Shown: piece after piece, positions 28,415 through 41,127 of the stretch
Position numbering within the stretch: position 1 is the first letter of the stretch
Layout: each line of letters opens with the position of its first letter
Assembly: GCA_951406725.2 (NCBI GenBank)
Contig: OX597822.1
Span: 31,806,001-31,870,000 of the forward strand
Origin: Octopus vulgaris
Lineage: Eukaryota
DNA: 64,000 nucleotides
Direction of reading: 5' to 3'
The notes under the pieces: model-generated
What the model was told of the DNA's origin: nothing
The model's database searches: none
The model's input: only the letters and a program-made list of their open reading frames with translations
Made by a program: the position numbers and the translations under genes

Positions 28415-30205
28415 AGGCAGTGAGCTGGCATTTCATCTGTCTATACGTTCTGAGCTCAAATTCCGAATGGTTCGAACTATGCCTTTTGTACTTTCGGGTC
28501 GGTAAAGGCTGAAGTTGATATGATCAACGTACTCCGCCTCACAAATTACTGGACTTGTGTCAAAATTAGAAATCGATACTATTCATCTCTTTAAGGCGGC
28601 GAGTTGGCAGAAACGTTAGTACGCCGGGCGAAATGCTTAGCGGTATTTCGTATGCCGTTACGTGCTGAGTTCAAATTCCGCCGAGGTCGACATTGCTTTT
28701 CATCCTTTCGGGGTCGATTAAATAAGTACTAGTTACGCACTGGGGTCGATATAATCGACTTAATCCGTTTATCTCTCCTTGATTGTCCCCTCTGTGTGTA
28801 GCCTCTTGTGGGTAGTAAAGAAATAGGTATTTCGTCTGCCGCTACGTTCTGAGTTCAAATTCCGCCGAGGTCGATTTTGCATTTTATCCTTTCGGGGTCG
28901 ATTAAATAAGTACCAGTTACGCACTGGGGTCGATATAATCGACTTAATCCGTTTGTCTGTCCTTGTTTGCCTCCCCCCACCTCTGTGTTTAGCCCCTTTT
29001 GGGCAGTAAAGAAATAGGTATTTCGTCCATCTTTACGTTCTGATTTCAAATTCCGCCGAGGTCGACTCTGCCTTTCATCATTTCGGGGACGATGAATTAG
29101 TACCAGTTGTGTATTGGGGTCGATTTAATCGACTGCCCCCTCCTCCAAAATTTCGAGCCCTATGCCTAGAGGAAAAAGGAATATTATTCATCAATTTTAA
29201 GTCGAAGAGTCTGGCATATTCATTTGCTTGGCAGCATTTCTTCTAGCTTTACATGCTGAATTCAACCGTTGCCACGATCGATTTTGATTTTCATCCTTTC
29301 AGGGTCAATAAAACAAGTACCAGTTCAGCACTCGCGTTGATATACTTGACTAACCCACTCCAACTAAAACCGCTGCCCTTGTATTGGGTGAGCAAGAAAA
29401 TCGTTAGCACGCCAGCCAAAATGCTTTGCGGCATTTCTATCTTCTTTACGTCCTCAGCACAAATTCGGTCGAGGTCGACTTTGCTTTTCATCATTTTGGA
29501 GTCAGGGGAAATAAGTGCTAGTTCATAATTAATTTAATCGACTCACCCATCCTCCAAAATAGCAGCACGTTTCCCAGAATTTGAAACTAATATTGTCCAT
29601 CATTTTCCGCCAGAATCTTAAACATGCCCGACAAAATACTTAGTAACATTTTTCTATCTTTATCATATCATCATCATCATGGTCGAGACAATGGAATTTA
29701 CTATGTTCCACCAGACTTCATACCCATCATAGCATTACGGAGGTCCTGTTGCTGGATGCCTGTATCCCTGGAGATTACATCAGGGTAGGAGAGTGTGCGC
29801 TCTCTGGTATCACGAGTAGATGGCTTCCAGAGAAGAGTAGAAATTACCTCGTTTTCAGCTCGACAACAATGTCCAGCAAACTGGACTCTTCTACCTTTCA
29901 CAAGAGATGATACAGGAGGTAGTTTCCCATATATTTGTACTTTGGTTGGATGACGCTTCCACGAGAGATTTTGAGCTCTCATGAGGAGGTGAGTGTAAGT
30001 TCCATCCAACCGCCTCTCAAACTTTTTTGGTAACGTCCAGGTTTCTGAGCCACATAGTAGAACTGGTTCTTCTATCTTTATATTCTGAGTTCAAATTCCG
30101 CCGAGGTCGACTTTCGAGATTAGATAAAATCAACACTGGTTGATCACTAGGGTTAATGTAATCGACTCATCATCAAACCCGAAATTACTGGCCTTGTGTG
30201 AAAAT
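28415..30205 (+). mobile_element. Cluster of plus-strand SINE A copies including a tandem trimer (28594-29180)
   Basis: Units joined by AAAGAAATA|GGTATTTCGTC; further degenerate copies at 28415, 29225-29590 and 29610-30205. Confidence 0.85.
29664..30069 (-). mobile_element. RTE-type LINE 3' fragment inserted in a SINE A
   Basis: Peptide VLLCGSETWTL..RRLDGTYT..RRVQFAGHC; (TGA)n tail; 12-bp TSD TTCTATCTTTAT (29652-29663 / 30070-30081). Confidence 0.85.
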
Positions 30206-30905
30206 TTTTCCCAAAACTCCCGGACCAACCTCTTACACCTAGATATGTCTCCAACAATAATAACTCTTTGCTAGAGTGCGCTCTGGTGTCCCGTATATGA
30301 CTGAGGTGTGAATCACGATCTAAAAGACTTCACCAGGTGGTGCTCTGGCCGAAACCTATCTACGTTAATAATAATGTTATATCTTTACGTAACAGAAAAA
30401 TGCATTTTCGCCTGATACGTATTTAGAAGTAGCTGAACATATCTCTTACGAATTACATGTTGGGGAGACAGTAGACGTATCGCAGTACCACACATGGCAC
30501 AATGAAATTCATTTTACATTCAAACACGCTATCGATTCTGTCAGGCTATGTTCTCTATCTGGTCGTGTTTTAAGAGGTTGATATCTTTACAAGTATGCGA
30601 TGTAAAAGCTTTCTAGAAGAGTTGGGAATAAACAGCAGAATAAAAAAGTAATAGCCTGGTGGGATTTAATATAGATTACTGACAACAAATCTATAAGAAG
30701 ACATGCAAATTCAGTGAGCTTTAGCGGTTCACTGGCACCAACAAGTTATGCTCTAACGATTTAACATATTATAACAGGTTATACGACCATATGGTAATCA
30801 TTGTACAGATTAGTCGTCTTAGGAAAGTGTTCACTCAAAAGTGTATTAGGAGGGTCTTCCATTCTGACGGAGGAAAAGGCGATGAAAAAATCGCGACTGT
30901 AGTTG

Positions 30906-30942
<37 letters not shown>

Positions 30943-31071
30943 ATGTGTATATACTTATATATGTGTGTATTTCTTTTCAATACTAGTTTCAGCTCCAGAG
31001 CTGCGAGTGGTCAAATCTTCTTCAAATTCCCCCTCTTCTTTGTCAACATACATAGATTGATAGATAGTCAA

Positions 31072-31148
<77 letters not shown>

Positions 31149-31205
31149 AAGACAGGCAGGTAGGCAGATAGATAGATAGATAGATAGAAAGACAGGCAGG
31201 TAGGC

Positions 31206-31246
<41 letters not shown>

Positions 31247-31247
<1 letters not shown>

Positions 31248-32070
31248 GTTTCTTTATTGGCCACACAGGGCTGCACACAGATGGGACAAGTTACAAGGTA
31301 GAGCTTTTCTTTTGGGGGATGAAAAAAAACAAAAAACAAAAGAAAAAAAAGAAAAAAGGGGGTGGCGTAGGTTTTCGATCAAGAGGGATCGTAAAAGGGA
31401 AGAAAAGAACAAACAAAAAAAATAAATAAATAAATAAAATAAAAAATAAAAAGAATAAAAAGAAAAAAAAAGAAAAGGAAAAAAGAAAAGAGAAATGAAA
31501 AAAGAAGAAAAAAGGGGAAAAAAAGGGGAAGAGGAAAAAAAGAACGATCAATAGGGATCGTGTATCACAGTGTTATGATATATGGTGTAAAGGGGAAAGC
31601 AAGTAAGGTTTATCCGTGGGAAGAAAAGCCTACGAAAAAGACCACGGTAACCTTGGTCAATATTGTTATATGTTACCACATTTGTTTGCAAGTGGGTAAC
31701 CCTCTGTTTTCAATTTCTGGGTTCATAGGATTATGCTCAAGGTGGCTTCGTCATTCATACGTGCCATCCTTGCTACATTCACCCATCTTTTTTTAAAACA
31801 TTCGCTAGACAAAACTTGCCTCTCTACTCTCACTTTCTTTTCAAGTGGTACTTGAAGAAGTTGATGAGAGATTGACCAGAGAGGAAAGTGTTTGTCTCCA
31901 ATCCTTTCAGACGCGTCCACCAGATACATTCTTTCGCCATAGCCACAAGGATGATGAAAATAGCTCTTCCTTCCCGTTTGAAGGAAGGAGGCGTAACAAT
32001 ATTGACGATAGACTCAGCTGATAAACCGACTCGTCCCACACGTGACAGCAGTTGTTCCACATAAGCCCAG
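31247..32070 (-). mobile_element. L1/Tx1-like LINE 3' end embedded in (GATA)n
   Basis: ORF2 C-terminus-like [35 protein letters not shown]; T-rich 3' UTR; AATAAA; flanked both sides by GATA repeats. Confidence 0.75.
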
Positions 32071-32087
32071 ATAGACAGGTAGGTAGG

Positions 32088-32162
<75 letters not shown>

Positions 32163-32176
32163 ATAGACAAGCAGGC

Positions 32177-32242
<66 letters not shown>

Positions 32243-32360
32243 GTAGATAGATAGACAGGTAGGCAGATAGATAGATGGTTGTATGGATAGATAGATATCC
32301 GCTGTTTGTATGATTGTGTATAGAAGAATATATTAATGAAATTCCAAATAAATCTGACTG

Positions 32361-32554
32361 AAACGTTTTAATATTTGCAATTTTTCCAATTTTACAATAT
32401 TGAAATAAACAATTACTTTCATGTATTACGTAATTGACACTTGTCATTTATACAACACAGCTGTCACTGCATAAACCTGATGATTGCGTAACGCATGAAA
32501 GTATTAGTTTATTTCAATATTGCAAAATTGTAAAAATTGCAAAGAATAAAACGT
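32361..32554. repeat. ~70-bp-arm inverted repeat overlapping an HHR
   Basis: 32361-32434 is an imperfect reverse complement of 32483-32554. Confidence 0.8.
32471..32512 (+). ncRNA. Minimal type I hammerhead ribozyme motif, canonical core
   Basis: ATAAAC-CTGATGA-T-TGCG TAA CGCA-T-GAAA-GTAT-TA-GTTTAT; stem I 6/6. Confidence 0.7.
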
Positions 32555-32606
32555 GAAAATGAGAGTTGTAATTCCATTGAGTAACATATATATATATCGT
32601 AATATA

Positions 32607-32701
<95 letters not shown>

Positions 32702-32745
32702 ATGAGAGAATGGAGTTGAATGACGATTTAACAAATTTCCTTTAT

Positions 32746-32826
32746 TCTCGACATATGTTTCGAAGACTGCATATTCCTAATTTCGAAGGAATAAGGGGTG
32801 CATTATGCCGCCTTCTCACCAGGAAA
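32746..32826 (-). ncRNA. Type I hammerhead-like motif with extended stem II
   Basis: TTTC-CTGGTGA-GAAGGC...GTCTTC-GAAA-CATATG-TC-GAGA; lies in a (TA)n-flanked segment 32701-32985. Confidence 0.6.
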
Positions 32827-32982
32827 GACAAGGAATTTATAAAAACACATAAATTTCCACACGAAAGCAGTTGATCTATGCCCTTGGCATGTAGCTTCAA
32901 CCGTGTTTTTCTGACGTGAATTTGCTACTCGGGTATCGGTTAACCGAATTATCCATACTAGGATAATTCATTCAACTACTTA

Positions 32983-33027
<45 letters not shown>

Positions 33028-33029
33028 TA

Positions 33030-34441
33030 TCTAATATATAAATCCTGTTCTGTCGGTCTGTTATGTTGTGCGCTTATAACTCGAGTATTATTCATCCGAT
33101 CGCGCTGAAATACATGAGAGCGGGGCGTTCCCTAATCTAAAAAGATTTTCGAAATTGTCAGTTTCAAAGTGAGAATCGCTATTTTTGTAATCATTCTGTC
33201 TTGTTTCTTCCGCCATCCTGTTGTTTTAAACAATTCGTTTCTACGTTTTCACATTTTAATGACAGATATATGTAAATAAAGTTTGCTATTTGTAAACAGA
33301 GTCTCATTTTGATTTAAATATTAGACCACGAACAACTGTATTCATTTCTGTGTTTTTACACGTTTGAAAACGGCTAAAAAATCGATATCACTCCAACTTT
33401 AATTAACTGTAATCAACCACATGCATTCGCGTTCAAATGTGTTCTTACGACCGTTTTTCGTGCAATATACCAGCTGATATGTAAAACTACTAGGAAAAGG
33501 CAGTTACTTCAAGTGAGCAAAATATGGAAATAAAGCAAATAAATAACTGGTGATGACTCAATTTTCTGAAGATATTCTCAACAAAATTCAATTAAAAGAA
33601 GAAAAGACAAATTGATTGCTTAAAAAACGTGAATAATTTGGTGGGGTCACATCTAAAACCTTGCCTAATTTTTCTCATCCAACTTAAAAAATAAGCGGTA
33701 TTGCTCAATTTTTGAGATAAAATAGATTTGCAAAGAACATGCCTTATGTTATTTTATTGCACATTGTGTTATTTCACCCCCACGTTTCAACTCTTTTGTG
33801 TCAGTTTTTGGGAGAAGAGAAACTTTCCTAAGCATTTTTACACCTTTATTGGGTAGCAGTTTCTGTTTGCCTGTCCATCGGATGATTATAACTTCCATTG
33901 ATATTTTTATTCGAAACTAATGTTACTTATCCCGTAGTTAAGACCACTTCGCCAGTGAAAACCGAAATAAAATACGTAAAGCAACAGTCGTCAAATGCAA
34001 AAGTCAAAGAACTGTTTATTGCTTAAATATCTCTTGCAATATTCACTTTGGAGATAAAACAGCGTTCAGTCTGACGTAGAGGTGTCAACATGAGGTATGT
34101 ACTATGGAAGAGTACATTGTGCTTATCCTAATGTGAAAGTGTTTGAGTGCAAAAAGTTTAAAGTTAATTATGAGGACCGATTCCACTGGAAGTTGTACTT
34201 ATTGCAATCCTTCGTTTTATTGGCCTTATGACAATTTTGAAAAGGTTCACTGTGTTAAGATTCACTATCGATGAATTTTCATTATTTAGAAAATACACTC
34301 AAAAGTTTTAACGTCTCAGGAATCTTTTATGCTCTAACCAAAAGTAAAAATCCCCATACAATCACCAAACATCACAACACCATCCAAGTTAACTCTCTTC
34401 ACCTATACAAACCGGTCAATAACGGACGGGGGCGTTTGCTA

Positions 34442-34442
<1 letters not shown>
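33030..34442 (+). mobile_element. Probable non-autonomous Helitron
   Basis: A|TCTAATATATAAAT 5' end; imperfect hairpin CCGGTC..GACGGG then CTAG at 34439-34442; linkage of the two ends is inferred. Confidence 0.5.
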
Positions 34443-34485
<43 letters not shown>

Positions 34486-34502
34486 ATATATATATATATA
34501 TA

Positions 34503-34727
34503 ACGGCAATCTGGCAGAATCGTTAGCACGCTGGGCGAAATGCTTAGTGATATTTCGTCTGAGGTTACGCTTAGTGATATTTCGTCTGAGGTTCCGCACA
34601 GGTCAACTTTGCCTTTCATCCTTTCGGGGTCGATTAAATAAGTACCAGTTTCGCACTGGGGTCGATATAATCGACTTAATCTCATTGTTTATCCCTTCTA
34701 TGCTTAGCTCCCTGTGGGCAATAAAGA
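34503..34727 (+). mobile_element. SINE family A with internal duplication
   Basis: GCTTAGTGATATTTCGTCTGAGGTT present twice; tail GGGCAATAAAGAA. Confidence 0.82.
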
Positions 34728-34794
<67 letters not shown>

Positions 34795-35833
34795 TGTTTT
34801 TCTCTCACAAGGTTTTGGTCACCCGAAATTACAGACACTTGTGATCTCCATGTACTTGGAGATCAAACTCCTTACCATACAACCGTATCTGTATGCCTAT
34901 TTTTTTTTTTATATTTTCCCTCCACACCAAATATTTCTGCTCTCCTTATCTTAACTTGATTCCTGTGTCTTAGTTTGTTTTGGGATATATATTTGTTAAG
35001 CTTGTATTCGTAAATTTTTCAGGCAAGCTAAGGTGATTAAGTAACCTTATGTTCTATTGTAGGTGGAACATGATTCTTTAAAAGTACCAGTCGACTGCTT
35101 TATTATTCTTTTGATATTTTGACGATAAAATAAGGTTTCTTTTTTATTGATATTAACTATGAAAATGTTAGATTTTTTTTTTTTTTTTCAGAATGCGAAT
35201 GATTTTGGTATGCGACTGTTTAGTATTCTGCCTCCGGGATATACAAAGTAGTTTTACAACTATATTTTGTGAAGAGAAAAATAATAATTTTAACGTCTGT
35301 GCCATCTGCAAAGATTATAAACATCATCGTGTGTTTCATGCTTAGGTGTACAACAACCTAATTCAGTCATAGAACTGCGGCCAGGTGGGGCAATCGATAA
35401 AAATATTTTTTGTCTTTCTAGTTTATTAAGAATACTTGCGTTTTCCCACCCTTAAAATTGTTGAAATAGTAAATGGTTACACTGTAGAATTTTGTCATTC
35501 CCTTAACCGAAATAAGTGGTCTCCCTTTTGATCTATGCTTACACTTTCTACTGCATTAATATCCTGTAAAAAAAACTTTCGTTAATACACCACCAATTTG
35601 TTTCTCATTATTTCTGAATAAATAAGAAGGTTTGAAACATTAATAATCATAACGCAATATATAAAAGTATCAACATTCTGTTCCTAGGTTAATCGGGAAC
35701 ATAGATTGCCGGGCTACTCATAAACCTTCTCGGTAGTTCCATTATTTGGTGAAAAAATACCACCAAAGAATCTTAAAACGTCCAGAGAACGGATACGTTT
35801 GCTACCATAGATCGATATATATATACACACACA

Positions 35834-35887
<54 letters not shown>

Positions 35888-35966
35888 CATACAAATATAC
35901 ATACATACATATATATATTTACATATATGTGTGTGTGTGTAGAAGATTGAAAAGGAACAAACGCGT

Positions 35967-36020
<54 letters not shown>

Positions 36021-36096
36021 GTATGTATGTATTTGTAGATTTAAACGCCATATTCTTTTAACGAAACAAGTTTTAAGGCATGTATTTCAAGGAAAT

Positions 36097-36110
36097 TATT
36101 ATCATTATTA

Positions 36111-36165
<55 letters not shown>

Positions 36166-36200
36166 CATTATTGTTGTTGTTATTGTTATTATTGTTATTG
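36097..36200. repeat. (ATT)n/(GTT)n microsatellite
   Basis: Directly visible. Confidence 0.95.
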
Positions 36201-36839
36201 CTACAGGTGGTCTTATCTTCTTGTATTGTCCTTTGAGTATGTTTTTTCATATTTGTTCATCGGAGCATACAAATCTAATAACATCACACTACCATCCTTG
36301 ACCTTATTTGGAATAAAACTAATATAGTGAATGGGATAGATTTAGTGTATATCTCCGTTAACAATTTCATATAAATATATGATACAAACTTAACACATTA
36401 CTGTATCTAATTTGAATGGTTGATAGATACTCACTAGTTCTAACTGGCTTATGTTTATATTCTCTCAGGAATTCATATTTTATACTATTTATAAGAATAC
36501 TAAGAATATTTACACGTGGCGGCATTTGGATTGCCAGAATTGATGGAGAGACGCATAAGGTACCTGGTAGTCTTTGGCTAGATCGCACTAAATTCTGTGT
36601 TCGATTCCCACTGCATCCCTTTCGAAATGATACGCAACTGTAGCGGACAAATTCTATAGGGTTTCCGTCATTCAAAATTGACCCCGCATCTACTTATATA
36701 CGAACAAACCTAGGAAAGACTGTTATTTGTGTTTGGAAGACTAACCTGCATGTTTCCTTCTTCTTTCCACTGATTTTTAACCAAAGGAATTGTTGCCAGT
36801 TTCAACCGCTACAGCTAAGCGTCAGTGTTGTTGCAAAAG

Positions 36840-37195
36840 TTCCAGGCAGATCGCAAAGAGTCGGAGCTAAAACTGCAAAGAACCTAAGTTGTTCCCGGGT
36901 GATATTTAAAATCAGACTGCAGAGAATTAGATCAAGTATTAATGCTCAAATATCTGTAGCATATATACTCGCGAATACAAGCGTCCAAAATGGGGTTATT
37001 GCGAAAGACCTCTGAAGTAACGTTACCCACCAAGATACTTTCGAGATCGAGTTGAAACCTCTACACACTGTGAAGGCACAGCTCCAGTATTACGATCATG
37101 TGATTAGAATGTCGCAGGAAAGAATCCTTCAAACCGAGCCAATTGGTAGATGCCAGAGGATCCGCCAAGAATGAAATGGTGGACAATAGAGGACA
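36840..37195 (+). mobile_element. Decayed RTE-type LINE fragments
   Basis: Broken peptide SRIQASKMGLLRK..QLQYYDHVIRMSQERIL, typical of the RTE ORF C-terminus. Confidence 0.6.
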
Positions 37196-37370
37196 ATAAG
37201 TATATGTACATATATATATTTCACAGAATGGATAAAAGGAACAAAACAGACGACTGAAAAATTTAAGACAAACTTAACAAACGGTGAATTTATCGAAACC
37301 GTAGTACATGGAAAATTCGTAGCTGATTCCTCATCAGTTAACGTCATATATAAGTATGTATATATATTTT

Positions 37371-37559
37371 ATAGGGAGAGTTTACGAAAAAAACAAAAGA
37401 CGAAGACAGGTGGTGTACAAAATAAACAGATGTATTAGTATAACGCTCAGGAATAGAAAAAGTATTTTACGTTTCGAGCCTACGCTCTTCTACAGAAAGG
37501 GATACGGAAAAAACAAGGAGAGAAACAAGGAGGGAAAAAATGTGTGTAGTGGCTAACGA

Positions 37560-37560
<1 letters not shown>
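37371..37560 (-). mobile_element. Penelope-like pLTR fragment, copy 1, with HHR-like motif at 37465-37498
   Basis: Nearly identical to 47451-47650; next to TA/TG tracts. Confidence 0.7.
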
Positions 37561-37591
<31 letters not shown>

Positions 37592-37880
37592 CATATATGT
37601 ATGTATACGATTGAGTAAACAAACGAAAGAAAAAGAGCATTCAACACCTTTAGTAGGAGTTACATATGTTATATAAAACAGGTTCATTTGGCTCTAACAG
37701 CTTAAAATTTCGCAGTAAAATTCGGTTACTAAGACACGATGAATTAAGTTTCTATAAGAAACCAGTGAAACTTTAGTCGCATTGAGCCGAATCAAGCAAT
37801 TTTACATACTGTGTGGTAGAGGAGTGTGTATGTATTTGTGTATGTGTTTATGTGGTGCATGTGTGTGTTTGAAGGTGTGC

Positions 37881-37881
<1 letters not shown>

Positions 37882-37973
<92 letters not shown>
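37882..37973. repeat. (GT)n microsatellite
   Basis: Directly visible. Confidence 0.97.
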
Positions 37974-37975
<2 letters not shown>

Positions 37976-38273
37976 GCATGTATGATCTAGCAACTGTGTT
38001 GAATAGAGTCAGCTAGCGAGGCGGGGTGAAGAACAGACAAACAGATGATTGTCAGTAAACTTTTATTTAACCCTTGTTCCATATCTTTGAATTTCGCGCT
38101 AACCTACGTGCATCTCTGCATGTATATATCTGTGTTTTGGGTGGTTATATATACACGGTTGTGTATATAATCAAAGTCAAGCTCTATACAAAATGTCAAA
38201 AGTATTCTATGTATGCGTAATAAATAACTGGCAAGTTTCTGTCAGCAGAGCTGGCTATGACCTATGTGTTTGT

Positions 38274-38311
<38 letters not shown>

Positions 38312-38524
38312 AATATAATAAAATACAAGCACCTGTCAACGTTCATCAAAAAAATATTCAAACATCCATCAAAAAATATTTAGACCAGTTGATTATTTAC
38401 CTATAAATTACGTTTACCCAGTTTCTTTGTCATATACGTAAATATGTGTCAATGTGTGTATGTATGTATGTATGTATGTATGTATGTATGTATGTATGTA
38501 TGTATGTATGCATGTATCAATCTG

Positions 38525-38572
<48 letters not shown>

Positions 38573-38806
38573 CTCTGAAAATAATAAGGGTAGAAAATTT
38601 AAAAACATTTTCATACCGGTTGTCAATAGACAACATAGTTTCATATATAACAGTGTATAAACAATTCAGGTATTTATACACGAAAGAGGTGACAATGACA
38701 GGATACCTTCACCTCACATGTTAGAAAGGGCAGTCAAAGCCCAAACCACGAATAAAAGTAATTTCAAAGGGGAATGAAACAAAAAAAATATTCTTTAGTT
38801 ACTCCC

Positions 38807-38861
<55 letters not shown>

Positions 38862-38884
38862 GAAATCTTTTTGTGTAAAGCAGC

Positions 38885-39310
38885 CATTCATCTATTTTCT
38901 CCGAACACTTTTCCTAGAAGAGTTGTGGGGTAGAATCCTCAGGAACCTCTATTCTAGGATCTTATCAGAAGCACCTGTCACTGCCCTTTCAGGCTGGATT
39001 TCCGAGTGTGACAATCTGCGACTAAGGATATTATCTATCCATCTTTCTTTTCTTTTTCGTGTACCCCTATGTTTCCTGCCGGTTAGCTCGACTGGAAGTA
39101 TCCTTCTTGCGATTCTCTACTGCATCATATTGCCAGAGCTATGACTCCTCAGAGTGGAAAAGTAGCGGCTCAACCTGGCGAGATTCTCCGATCTCCGAGT
39201 TATTCACTCAGTCGAGTAACGCTACTCCAGAGACATCACAGAAAAACCGCATTTCGATCGCTTGTATTCGCAATCCAAGCATTTCGGTCATTTCCAATAT
39301 TCATTAGTAA
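38885..39310 (-). mobile_element. Decayed RTE-type LINE 3' fragment
   Basis: Broken peptide RIQAIEMRFF..VALLD*VNNSEIGES.QVEPLL..RWIDNI; similar to 36965-37195. Confidence 0.7.
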
Positions 39311-40668
39311 ATGGCTAGTACCTTAATATATCAAGAAATCAGATCATGGTACAATATAAGAACAAATTCATCCAAACCGATGAAAAGAAGAAGCATCAGC
39401 AATTAGAAGTATAGAAACGACACATGTAGTAAAAACACTATCGTTACAGCATGGTTATAAATATGTTATTAAAACACTCATAAAACAGATTACAGTATGT
39501 ATGACACCTAACTAAAATCTCATAGCTGAAATATATTACGAAAACGCGGGAATTAAAAAATCCTGTTTCTCAACAAAAAAGCTATAAACTATCCAAGCAG
39601 ACAACGTAGCTCATACAACGAATGTTTAGTATGCTGAGGTAAGAAGATTACACTTTCAGCTTGGCACATATTATGTGGGTGTATGTATATGTACGCGTTT
39701 GTGAGCGCTCTGTTACTTATAAATATATCTAACAAAAGACATTTTCTTTTAACCGAAGACACATCATTGACTGGTTAGTAAACAAAAGTTGAAGACCGTA
39801 TATAGGCTGGAAGCTTGATAGGTAGATAAGTAAAAAGCTAGGTGAGGTGAAGTTGGCTATAGTGATAGGAATAAACGGGGCGATGCTGTGTAAAAGTAGA
39901 AATTCTATCCTCATCACGACCTACAATGAATACCATGACCATCACTCTTTAATCACTTATACAGTTTCTACTATCACCCCACCTATCTCTTCGTTCCTTC
40001 TTTCTACCTAAACTGGGTAAACTGCCACCGATGTGTCTTCAAACGAAATAGTATGCCTTTTTCTGGTTTAAGTGTCTTTAATAAACCATATTAATGCTCA
40101 CTCCCAGGTATTTGAGTTCTTTAGTGTTAAGTGGCTTAATCAATTTCATCTGGACAGGTACTCTCAAGAATTATTTACAAAACCACATACGTGCGCACAT
40201 ATACATTATTATGCATAACATAGGCTAAATCAGAACTGAAATATATCTAAACATTACAGAATCACTATAAATTAAACATGGATGTATAAAGAGAAATTCT
40301 TATTTTGCACGTTAATAGCACAGGAACAATATACTTATGCCCTTATTTGCCAAACGTAAAGGTTTACATGCACGTATTGAGTGGAATCATTGATGTAACC
40401 ATAACTTTCTGGTGATCTAATGTGCTAGTTTTCTTTATTTGCATTTATTTTTTAATATATAGTTCTATCTTATGAAGCAAAGGCTGAATATTAATGCAAA
40501 CATACGAGCATAATTTCTTCTACTCAAAAATTCTTATGACATGAAAAACGGTGCGAAACGGCCGTAATCCAAAGAATATCAAGTGATAAAGCAAATATAT
40601 TCACCTCTCATACACCCGGACTTTTCATGATTTGTATGCTTACATATATATATATATATATACACATA

Positions 40669-40732
<64 letters not shown>

Positions 40733-40899
40733 ATATACACACACATATATGTATGTATATGCATAATTGCACATATATATATTATTTATATTATATATAT
40801 ATATACACACACTCGTACATAAATATATATAGGTAGAAATAAGAGCAAACCCTCATATATGTGTGTGTGTGAATATGTTTGTCAGAGACCATTCTAGTA

Positions 40900-41110
40900 T
40901 TGATTTCAAATTGTAGCACAAGGCCAGCAATTCAGGGGTGGTGTAAGTCGATTACATCGACCCAATTGTTCAGCTGGTACTTTATCGATCCACGAAAGGA
41001 TGAAAGGCAAAGCTGACCCCGGTGGAATTTGAACTCAGAGAGTAAAGACGGGCAAAAATGCTTCTAAGCATGTCACCCGGTGTGCTAACGATTCTGCCCG
41101 ATCTCCGCCT
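40900..41110 (-). mobile_element. SINE family A
   Basis: Reverse-complement head, core and tail. Confidence 0.85.
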
Positions 41111-41127
41111 GAATGATCATTCTAATA

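Noticed and set aside
35946-35968. TTGAAAAGGAACAAACGCGTT resembling the U3-A8 HHR
   Set aside because: No stem II, no GAAA and no stem I
37280-37345. Minus-strand CTGATGAG with a possible long stem II
   Set aside because: GAAA is replaced by GATA and stems I/III are unsupported; at best a decayed motif
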